DNA from: Cycas panzhihuaensis
Taxonomy: Eukaryota; Plantae; Cycadophyta
Length of the DNA: 64,000 nucleotides
NCBI GenBank assembly: GCA_023213395.1
Contig: CM041465.1
Span: 47,003,741-47,067,740 of the forward strand
Direction of reading: 5' to 3'
The position numbers and the translations under genes are program-made. Every line of letters begins with the position of its first letter. Position 1 is the first letter of the stretch. The notes beneath the pieces were generated by a model. The model searched no databases. It saw only the letters and a program-made list of their open reading frames with translations, and was not told where the DNA came from. Below, piece by piece: positions 1 through 13,852 of this stretch.

Positions 1-3000
1 AATTTATTCTTTATATCTTTATTTGGGTATATGATCATATGTGGTTGTATGGGCTTAAAATATCTAGAGTTCCAGTTATTGCAAGCTCTATTAAGTTGTT
101 TGGGCTCTTCTAAGATGGGCAATTAAGTTTGGTGGAGATTTGATGGTCAAACAATTAAAATTTTAGCATAAAAGTTCATTGTAGGTCACCCAGGTTGAAA
201 TACAAGTTGCATGACTATGAAATAATGAAAAAATTGATTTATTTTTGTGTAGTTTGCAACCTTATATTATATCTTTTAAAATATTCTTTTTTAAATATTC
301 CTTTTTTAATCTTTTGACCCCTCATAAAGTTTATAAAAACCTTTTAATGTATTTTTTACCTTTTTAGTGTTTTGTCATAGCATTTCCCTTTAATGCTATT
401 TCACTTTAATCATTTTTTAGCAAAGATTCTCCCATTTTATAAAGTGTTTATATACTTCAAGTTCTATGTTTAGTCACTTTAATGGATGATTTTATTAAAT
501 CAAATCTTCATCTTTTTTCTATTACTTATTTAATCACTTTAGTTGGTGTTTAACAAATGTGCTTTGTTTGCTACTGATTATCTACATATAGGTGCATTCT
601 ATTTGGGCCTATTTGCAAGTTATTTTCTAAGCTTACATGTCATTAGATAAGTAAGAGGTATCTATTTGTCTATCTAAATATTGTCAATCCAACTTACATG
701 TCTCTGTTTATGCATATATGTATGTGTTCAATCCTTATATGTCACTGTTAACATAGTGCATAATTTACTCAACAAAGTGAGCATAAATCAAGCTAACAAA
801 CACTCAACATATCCTATATGTTAGTGATTAATAGATGCATGTAAGATAACTAAAAAAAAACTCATGTAATAAACATTATAGAGTTTTGTATTAAAAAACT
901 TAATGAATCATATTGAATAGGTACATTCAACTTGTGATAAATTATGCCATTTAAATTAATCAAATAATAATCTGTAGCTTGTTAGTGGCTACTCCCCCTT
1001 GAAGATAATTACTAGTTTTATCTATTTGATAGTACTCAAATGATTGTTTAAAAATAGTCATTATAGGAAAGTGCCTCTGCATAAACACTAATAATATGTA
1101 TCATTCAACGTCCTACAAAAACTATAAAGAAATAAATTGTTCAACTTCCTAAATAGTAATACAATTTGTTATAGCACTGAAAACTACTCTAATACTATAT
1201 AAGTTGTTAAAAATTAAATCTAATAGGAATGAAGATCTAACTTTATAGGATTAACTATTAATTTAATATGAAAATTGCATTCATATTAATGAAATCTCAA
1301 AGTAAAATTTTCTCTCATTAATTTCAACTGTGCATTATATATGTATAAATATAAATTCTAAAAATAATCTAATCAATAACTAGGTGATACATGTGATATG
1401 AGAGTTGTAATCCTTGATGGCTCATCACTCACAAATCAATTAAGTAATCCGTAAGTCTAATATTTTATAAAACTTTAAGGGGATGTTCATAACCTAAGTT
1501 ATGAATTATAAATAAACATTAATATCAATAATTAGGGCCTTCATAGCAAGCCTTTGTGGATGGTACAAATAGTGTTTACTATAATCATTTATCAAAACTT
1601 TCTTAGGCACCTGTATTTTTCATGTTGTTGTCGTTTGACAATGAAACATTGTATGGATAGATAGATAGGTCTTATAAAAATTATTATACACTCCATTATT
1701 TATGATTTAAAACAAAGATAGAAAGGGATAAAGATCTATAACATAAATAGAGGTTATAAGTTGTTATAAGAGTTAAATCTGTATATCAATGAAGCAATGA
1801 GGGTTTTATGGTCCTAATGAGGAATCAAACCATTTTTTGCTAATCTTTTATTCAAGTTTGGCTCTATAAATTATAGAAAATGATAAAACATTTTGTTAGA
1901 AGCTTATAGAAAAAGGAAAAATAGTTAAAGGACTTTATTTTAAAAAGAGTTTTTACTAGAGTTGTTAATAGTTTCTAAGTTGGGTAGACTACATATAAAA
2001 TAGGCAACTTTGAAGCTAATTAAGAAGATAAAACTCAATACTAAAGGTGGTTTTCCATAAAACTAATATTTTCATTTAATTTTTGAGGTCTAAAAATATA
2101 GATCTCTTACTTTCTAGATCAAAAATCAATCACAGATGGTTCATGGGTGTCCATTTCATCTCCATGGTAGTCCGCAGTTGAAAATTTCTAATGGCAAGTG
2201 TGATTTTTAATAAAATAAACTTTTAAACCTTATAACATTACATTAAGATATTTTATAATATTTTTAAGGTCCACATAGCCCTCAAGTTGGTCACATGAAA
2301 GTTTGGATATGACTGGGAGGCTAAATGAAAAAGTGATTTTTTATTTTTTCACTTTTTTCACTAAAAAAATTATGTGTGCTCAGTAAAATAGTTGTACATC
2401 CCTCATACAACATCAAATTTGAGTGTCATATGTTGTATTATAAAGTTGACTTATGGGGCTTTCTAATGAGTGGTTACATTATATGCTTTGAAGATATTTT
2501 AGGGTGGTTTTAATAGAATATATTTTAGATTTAAGATTAACAAGGTGTTAAAATAGAGTTTATGATTAAGAAAATAGATGTTTTGTCACATGCTTCTACT
2601 TGGATAACCATTTTAATAGGTTCATTCTATGATGTAATAGATGGAGTTGAGTGTTTTTAGCTAGTTATTCTCCTTAGGGTATAGGAGTTCTAGAAACGGG
2701 CAAAATAAAAATGAACGTTACTTGGTAGGTAAATATTATTGAACCATGTATGAGAAGACCATTCTAGAGGACTGGTAGGTACAACAATTGGTTAGCCATG
2801 TGCTCCAATAGATGTTTGGATTTTATATTGACCCAACATCATATTTGAAGTAAGTATGTAATATGGATTAGACATTAAGAGGAAAATGTTAATCTATAAC
2901 AATATTAAATTGATGTAATTATCACTTTGATGTGCACTAAAGGGTTATAATGTATATATTTCTTCATGTAATAGGTCACTAGTTGACCAAGTAGCTCTTA

Positions 3001-3768
3001 GATTATGATTTAATAACTAGGTGGTGATATGTACTATAAATATATATTGGTTTAGCATAATACAGTTAGAATTGATCATTTTCCACAAGTATACTATGTT
3101 GTATATTTGTACATATTATTCTCTAATTGTTTCACATGCATGCCTTTATAATTTTATAGTCTTATATAATCCTAGACCTATTATGCGCATTTATTTCTAA
3201 TAATTAGTTAAAGGGCAATAATATACTTTCACAAATTAATCTTTGACTCCATACATAGTTTGGTACTTTGGTGTTCTATCCCTCAACCCAAGCATATAAC
3301 TTAGCATGGTAGGATCAATCCCTCCAACTCTATTCCGTTTGACTCATCCTTTAATGTTTTCATAGTAGAGCATGGTTGGCTAATAGTATGATGCCCACTC
3401 ATAGGGGCTTTACCAAATCTAAACCCAAATGGTAATGCCATTTAGCTCTATGGGATAACTAGGTAGCCAAACTTTTTAAACTGTATAGGTCTCTCCAACT
3501 CCACAATATAAGCTAATATGGATGTAACAAGGTGTTGGTTAATAACAACTCCCACCTTTCCAAATAACTACTAGTTTGTTGATGAGTTTAGTAAGCCCAC
3601 AATAACTTTACACATAAAATACATATATGGGCACCAGCTTAGAGATAAACATACTAATTTCTTAATAGCCAGAGTTTATGAATATATAAATGCTTATAAA
3701 CTTGTTAACTTAGTAGATGGGGTATAATATTGGTCCATGTATTTGTTCTAATTAACCTTGTGACCCTA

Positions 3769-5582
<1,814 letters not shown>

Positions 5583-6380
5583 TCTACCGCCATTGCCAAC
5601 CTAGGAATGAGGGAAAAAATGAGGAAGACAAGATAAAAATGAATGACGATCCATAACCGTTATGGGAATCAAACTACACTAAGTGAATTAAATTCTATGT
5701 AGTTTTCTGAAGAAGATTTTAGGATCATACTCTAGTTGAAACCTTAGTTATTGTGAAAAAGCATTATTGAGTAGTATCTTGATGATATTGTCATCTAAGA
5801 ATTAGTAATAATTACGAACATCATCAAACACCTTTGATTTGATGCATGACATAGAACAAATAATGTATATATTTAAGCAACAAGCGAACTAATCAGTATA
5901 ATTGAGACAATCTAATAGATTATGTACATTGAAACAATAAAGGTAAAGAACATTAACACAGATCAATTGGTCAACAATTGAAAAAGGACGATAAGTCTGG
6001 TAGACTTGGAAATAAAAACACGAGCCAAATACAGAATTAAAAGAGATTGAGGAAGCTTTCATACATCTGAGTTTACATAAAAGGGAGCAAGCCTGCATAC
6101 AAGATCAAGATCAAGCATAACAACCCAGTTCAAAGTTAAAAAGGGCAAGATTTGAAAACCATTACTAACAGAGAAAGAAGAAGAAACTTGTAGATAGATT
6201 TAGACAATGAAGAATACACCAACTTAAGCATATAAGAACATCAACAAAGTCATTGGAATCAAGAACAATGGTGACATCATCCACAACTAGGAAAGGAGGA
6301 GCAAAGCAGAAATTGCCAACATTCAACAGGAAGACAGAAGAGGATCCAACTAGACATTGTAATATTTGTAAAATAATATA

Positions 6381-9300
6381 TGTTGGAGTTAATCGTCATC
6401 ACTCTACTCACACCTTCGAATCAAGATTGTACATCTCATCAACCTCATTTTACACATGTGGATGCTCAACATGTGTAGGTAAGTTAAGGTAAGATTTGAT
6501 TTGATTTAAGTTAATTTGAGTTAGTTTCATTTGAGTTAAGTTAGCATTATTTTATTATTAATTTAAATTTCAAGGGTTGAGGAGTTTCCCTCCTCCTCCA
6601 AAATTATAAATATTGAGGGGTGTGCAACCTTGGTGTCTCTAAATACCGCCCTTATTTGGGAAATTTGTAATGCTCACTTCTCTCAATGGATTGAATATAG
6701 AAGTTTCATGTATTTATGCTACAAAAATGTATTAATATATTGATATATTGAAGATTATTATATGTTCTACCCTATTCTCCTATTATTTTTTCCAACATTT
6801 GGTATCAGAGCTACTTGGGGCTCCATTCTATTTCCTACATTTGGTATTAGAGCAAACAAATATTGGTCTGTTGAGATTTTTCAAAGAAGCAAGAAGATTT
6901 TGAAGCAGATTTACTCAAGGAAGCAAAATACTGGTTATACTTATTTTCTGCAAGTTTTTTTAGCAAGTTTCATATATTTTTCATCAAGATTTGCTTATTA
7001 TTGAGTTATTTTTATGATATAACAAGTATATTTTAGATTTATTCATAGATTTGTGTAGATTTGTGAAGGATTTTAGCAGTAAGCCATATTTATCCAAGGT
7101 TTTTCTCAGATTTGAGCTATATTTCTTCATATCTATATTTTTTATCATATATTTCGCCATTTTCTGGTAGATTCTTGTCTATATTTCCAAATCTACAAAG
7201 GAGATCAATAGATTTCAGCTACAAGCTACATATTTTCAAAGATTTGTGAAGGATTTTCAGTTGTATACAAGATTTATACAAGTTTTCTTCATATTTGTGA
7301 TATATTTTCTTAGATCTATATTTTTTAATCAAATATTTGGTATTTTTCAAGCATATTTCTATCTATTTATCCTATATTTTTGCTGATCTACATAGGATTG
7401 CAGTTGCATACAATACTTACTCAAGTTTTTTCTCAGATTTAAGCTATATTTCTTTAAAGATCTGCCTTATATTTTTCAAATATGTTATACTTAAATCAGA
7501 TCTACAATATTTAGCTTAAGATTTACTTATTTTATCAAGTTTTTCAGCATTTTTTGCTACATTTAGTATAAATCTATTTATTTCAGTAATTATTTCAACA
7601 TTTTCTAGTATATTTATTGTAGATGTACAATATTTAGTTCAGATCTGCTATTATTTCATTTCAGATCTGTATTTTTTAACATATATTTGACCATATTTGC
7701 AAGTTCTTTTTACACATCTATAATTTTTTGAGGCATATTCAGCCTTCTCAGGAAGCATAAAGAGAAGATCTCATTTCTGTAAGTCAGCTACAGCCACATT
7801 GACCAGGTTCTTAAGTTGGTTTTTTAGTTTTAAATACATATTTCTGATATATCTGCAATATATTTAAAAATATTTTAGATACATACGTGCATTTCATTTG
7901 CTTGGTATTTTTTATCAAAATATTTGAAAACTTCTGTTTTCATTTGTGCTTCCTTGAATCAACAAAAAAGCTCAATATTTTTTCATGCTTTGTGTACAAA
8001 TATATATATATATTTTAAAATATTTTTTACATGGTATACATATTGTATGAAGCCTTTCTTTAACAGACTCATAAAAGAAACTGCAGAAAATTGTCTTCTC
8101 CACCTTGTTTATACTCCAACATTTGCATTGCAATACACAATAAACCACTGAATCTTTCTATGATACACTAAATCAGCCTTCTCCTTAGAGATCAAACTGA
8201 TCTCTAGGCCATCCCTACAGGATCTAAACCTAGTAAGGGAAGATCATAATACTCATGAAGAGCTTTCAAGATTATATGTAGCAACATTAGATCATCGCCC
8301 CTTTTTCTGCCAACAGTTTGTGTAGGCTCAAGGTTGCCTTAATATCACCTTCCTTATGCTTTTCCTAAAACTTGTTAAGAGAAGCAAGTCCTTGTGGTAG
8401 ATTCAAACTTTGTGGAGCATTTTTGAAAGGAAATAGACAACAAACTGAGTTAACAGGCCACCCTTCACAGGGTGCAAATCTTGTTGCTCGAGCTAGTTCC
8501 TCATGTTTTAGCCTTTCATCCTGCCTCTGTGTGCTCCAACCATCTACATTCCATAAACTACATGCAGCTCATCCTCCCATTTTTGCTCATTGTTTTGGAC
8601 AACAGCCCATTTACAACAATTTTTTTCCTTTAGTTCTTTAAGAATTTAAAACTTTAGAATACTCGAACGCAACTATCTCATTATTTCACCTTTGATCGCT
8701 TCGAATATATACTACAAACGTATCACTTCAAACCATGGCGCGTTTTAATATTTCTCTCCTCACTTATGACACATTGGAAATAAACTAATGCCTGCAACAA
8801 TACTGCAACTACTCGAGGGACTTGGTAGTAGAATTAGTATAGACTTGGCCCTTCGAATTGGTTTGCAATATGCTATGCAAAATAAGCTGCATTTGGAAGC
8901 TTCATTATCTATCTAAACTTGTTGATATTTTCCAAGATTTGATTATTTGTGGCATCATCGGCCATCGATGTAATGAACAACAGAAAACAACTCATCAAAA
9001 ATAGCATCTGGTGCTTAGTCACAGTTTTTTTCCATAGAGGATGCTCCCTTAGTGTGAATTCCCTCTGTCTGTAGCCCCTTATTCTTGTCTCCCTCTGTGT
9101 GTAGGTATGTGGCTCCCTTCTACAATCCTTTGCATGCTGGTTGCATCCTGCGCCCCCTATTCTCTATACCTTCAAACACCCCTCAAATACATGAACCTTT
9201 GGGTTCGACACTCCACTCAACAAACTGCCCACAAAAGGACAAACTAGAAAAATTCACACTCAGGCTTAGGATAGCTATCTGAAAGTAGGCATACACAGTG

Positions 9301-12300
9301 TGGTTGTGAAAGAAGGGCCTTCCTCAAAATGTTTACAACTAGACATAATATTTCACATCAAAATAACTTCCCAAAGGTGCCTTCTCCAATCTATTCCAAC
9401 TTCTCAAAGATTTGGTAGCATCTCTGTGGTGTATTCGTCTGCGTGGTGTCTCCCTTCGACTGTAATCCTCAAATTTCTAAACATTTTTCGTATCTGTGTG
9501 AACTATTAGAAGAAGAAAGTACATAGTGCATACATTACATCAAGATATGCATCGACGACGTCCTCCTCCCGTTCAGCTCCAACCTCTACAATTGTTCTCT
9601 GGAAGTACATATCCATATCTCTGCACAGATTTATGTCTCCACGGTGAAGGTGCGGCAACAGATACACGTCTACACATTGGCGATGGCCCATTTTTTCAAA
9701 AAAATTCAAACTTCTATTTTTTACATTTTTTTTTTATAAAGTTTTTAAAAATTAAATTGTTTTGTATATATTTTTGAATCCATGGTTTTAAGCATAAGTC
9801 CCAAACTAACCTCTAGCCCTTAGTCTTATACATCACCACGTGACTGTTAGCTACCTTTAAAATGGGCTAATAATTTTTTATAAACTTTTTTTTCTTTTTA
9901 TTTTTTTAATTTTTTATTTTTACATAGGATTACTGGCAATGTTTTGACATAACTCCTCACTAAGTCATAAGTTTCTGATGAAACTAGTTTCATTATACCA
10001 TAAATTTTCTGTAGATAGATTTTGACTAATCATATGACCAATTTAGTGTTGATTTGACCCTATTTCAGTCGATTTAAAGTCAATCAGTCCTTTTTTTAGC
10101 CTTTTTTAAACTTTTTACATACACACTTTTTGAACTAATTACATTTTATTACCGGGTAATTATTTTCTACTCGGATCTATTCTACATTGATCTACATTCA
10201 ACAAACTTCATTACCCACCTTTTATTTTATTTTTTAGAATTTATTTTAATCACTATTTTAATCGTCAAAAGTGCCACTTTAGTGGTTTTCAGCATTTTTC
10301 TTAACATTTTACCATAAAGGTGCCTGTTGCTATTTTTGTTATAACTTCTTTGTTTTGTATCAGAATTCAATTCCGTCAGTTTCGTTGAGAAGCTGATCAC
10401 CTATATTCTATATGATAATTTTTTTATATATTTTAACATGTTTTTACTAATTTTCAAATCGATCAAAGTTGAGGTACTTATTACCCTCAAACCTGCCATA
10501 ATTATATATTTTGTGTATAGTATTTCTCAAAATTTTTAATTGAAAATATATTAAGAAGCTCTCCAAAATGTATTTGATCATTTTTACATCATTCTATAAA
10601 GTTTTATTAACATTTTTATAAGTTTTTTGAGCTTCATGCTCCTCTTAGGTCTTAAAAGGAGGTCTGTAACTTGAATCATTCAAACTTGACTTATAGGATC
10701 CTGTTTTTAAAATGGTTGGTTCTATTGGATTCATATTTTATTAATCTTCATACTGGTTAAGTTTCATATTATTCTAATATCATTTAGTATACTTTTGAAG
10801 CTATCAAACTTGAGCTTATCCTCTAAACCTTCTTTTATAAGTTTCTTTATACTCCTTATCTTTCAGTTTTTTTTTAGCATTATATATTATCATCAAGCTA
10901 AGGATTTATTGTATTAAAAGTTTACATTTATTCATTTGAAGAAAATAAAAAAGTTAAGGATTATTCCTTTTATCATCAAAGTTATATTTCAGATTTGTAT
11001 TGCTAAAAGGATCTTTATTACATGCAAATTTACTTATATATCCATCATTTCCTTACTGTGTCTAGTTGATTGACTTTCTAAAGGGTATTACATCTACTTC
11101 AAAAGGTTTATCTAAAATCATATATGTTCATTGGTGTATTACATTTCTTTTGAAAAGTATATTTGACATCATATAAGTTTAGTCACTTATTGACTTTATT
11201 TAATTTGATAAAATCGTATTTTTATGTACTAAAGTTTCTTTGATAAAATGACACAATTTCCTATATTTAATGGGCAAAATTTTTTACTATGGTATAGAAC
11301 TATGCAATATTATTTTATTATACATGATCTATGGAAGTATTCACAACACGAATGTGATCTCAGCATTAAAAAATATTTTAGAAAAGATAATGAAGTTTTA
11401 GGCTTATTATTTTGCACTATAAATAATGATGTTTTTTCTAGAGTTTCTAAATTAATAACTTCTAAATTAGTTTGGGATGTATTGCTTTCTACTTATGGGG
11501 GAGATACCCTCCATGTATTTGATGATATTTTTGATGAACATGTGAGACAGGTGACAAAACAGGTGAATCATAATGACAACACCCATGAAGATTCAGATCA
11601 AATGTAGGACCAACTTGCTACACAAGTACTTGATCCTCTATTTGAGGGGGAGAATGAACCCAATGATATAACAAAGAATGAACTTGATGATATGACAATT
11701 GTTCATAGCATAAATACTACAAAAGACAAAGTTCAAGTTTAAAGCATTCTTAATGTTCTAGTTAATAAAGTCAAAATTACAGCTATTCATCTATATTTAA
11801 ATCAAGTTTTACCTACTTATAGTTTTTTTATATCATTCTATGATAAAGAGACATATATGGCTATAAGGATGAGAAGAGTTGATAAAGATCAGAATTTTAA
11901 AGTTTTTTTTAAATACAAGTTTTATAAGTTTAAGGAGAAGATACAGGTGTTCATGATGGCCATTAATTGGGAGAATATTGGAGTTAATCATCATCACTCC
12001 ACTCCCACCTTCCAACTAGGATTATACACCTCATCAACCTCATTTTACGCATGTGGGTGCTCAATATGTATAGGTAAGTTAAGGTAAGATTTGATTTGAT
12101 TTAAGTTAATTTAAGTTAGTTTCATTTGAGTTAAGTTAGTATTATTTTATTGTTGATTTAAATTTCAGGGGTTGAGGAGTTTCCCTCTTCCTCCAAAATT
12201 ATAAATATTGAGGGGTGTGCAACCCTGGTGTCTCTAGACACCACCCTCATTTGGGAAATTTGTAATTCTCACTTCTCACAATGGATTGAATATAGAAGTT

Positions 12301-12436
12301 TCATGTGTTTATGCTACAACAATGTATTGATGTATTGATCTATTAAAGATTATTTTATGTTCTGCCCTATTCTCCTACAATATTTTTTTCAACGTTTGGT
12401 ATTAGAGCTACTTGGGGCTCCATTCTATTTACTACA
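6381..12436 (+). mobile_element. Element B: non-autonomous copia-derived Gag-only LTR element (TR-GAG-like), nested in element A gag
   Basis: LTRs at 6381-6839 and 11976-12436, TSD atata/atatg, iMet PBS tggtattagagc at 6842-6853, PPT-like cattaattgggagaa. No RT or integrase is recognisable. Confidence 0.9.
11248..11975 (+). pseudogene. Truncated copia-type Gag (DUF4219/UBN2-like N-terminus) with acidic tail, in element B
   Basis: FPIFNGQNFLLWYRTMQYYFIIHDLWKY...SKLVWDVLLSTY. The same frame continues through two stops (11605-07, 11740-42) to the PPT. Confidence 0.8.
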
Positions 12437-13852
12437 ATATGGATGACTAATGGCAAGACTGACAAAGATATTTTGGTGTAATCATTTCCAACCATACTAT
12501 GGGATATTGCAAATGATTGGTTTAAGGAATTCAAAGAAGGACATTTCAAAAATTGGGCTTCCTTACGCGCAGCATTTGAAAAAGAGTTTATACTCTTACG
12601 AGATGATAGTGAGGTGGTAGATCAAATCTATAACCTAAAGCAAGAACCTAAAGAAATAGTAAGAAGTTATAACACAAAGCTAAAAAGTTTAATAAAGAAA
12701 ATAGAAAGTGAGATGATGGACATGCTAAGAAAAATATGGTTTGTAGAAGGATTAGCTCTGAAGTATAGAAGGAAGTTATAGGTCATTCCACCTGCATCAT
12801 ATTAAGAAGCAATATACTAAGCAATGAGACTTGAAGTCGAAGAAAAAATAGAAGCATGGCACTAAGAAAAAATAAGTGAGGTTTAAATAAAAGAAGAATC
12901 TTCCATAGAAGCACTGAGGGAAGATTTGATAAGGATGTTCAAATATTTTACACATAATCAATCTAAAGAATGACATCACATATGGTGTGTCAAGTGATGT
13001 ATTGAAGGCCAATTAGAGTCAGAATATCTAGATAATTAAGGATTCAAATACTGCTATATCTATAAAATGAGTAATCATGATATTAACGAATGCAGGTTCA
13101 ATGTTCACGCACTTAGAAGACAAGAACGAGATATCTTCCTTACCTAACAAGAAGCAAATAAACCACCTTTTGGAAGGGTGTGTGTAGGAAAACTAGAACA
13201 ATGAGATTCTTAAGGTCGACCAATGGTACAATTCTTTCAATGTAAATTATGGGGACACTTTAGCAGAGACTGCCCCAATCTAGAAAATAATGCCTTTACA
13301 TTATGTTGATGGTGTGGATCGGGCGATCATGATGATGACCATTACACGAAGCAACAAAATAAAAATGTCAACCTCGTGGGAGTAATGGCAGAAGAATAAG
13401 TACAAACATTACCAACATATGCATTGTATGTAAGAAGGGCTAAGCAATGAGAATATCCTAACCCTCAAAAGGAGAAAGAACAATTAAGCTAGGCCATAGA
13501 GTTGGTACAAGCACTACAAAAATAAGAGCATAATGTGATTCTAATTAAGTCACAACTCGTCGAACCAATAGAGAGTGGATCGATGGAATCAACAACAACA
13601 ACAACAAAAGATGATACAACACATAAAGATATTATTACCTCAATTATAGAACAAATCCTATAAAAAGAGATAACAATCAAATTGTCAACATTACTCGAGA
13701 ATGATGAGCTCCTACTACAAACATTTGAGGACTACATATGGAAAATCTAAACAACAAAAATAGAGAAAATGTCAGCAAAATAATGCAAAGCACCCCAAAT
13801 AGAATACCATCATGTACGATCTCTTAGGATTGATCAGGACATAATTATTTCA

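Larger units (their letters stand above)
6254..13400 (+). pseudogene. gag of element A, split by element B at 6380/12437
   Basis: Rejoining across the TSD gives KLPTFNRKTEEDPTRHCNICKII|WMTNGKTDKD...FPTTLWDIANDWFKEF...WASLRAAFEKEF (retrotransposon gag). CCHC knuckles lie at ~12983-13345. Contains stops and frameshifts. Confidence 0.85.

Noticed and set aside
1-3260. Possible LTR or DNA-transposon remnants
   Set aside because: Looks like decayed repeat DNA, but no termini, partner LTR or protein motif could be established.
8470-9125. Short receptor-kinase-like peptides (HEELARATRF and KGATYLH on the minus strand, YVAPFY on the plus strand)
   Set aside because: Too short and on inconsistent strands to support by eye. 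Only the G-loop match at 9361-9420 was retained.
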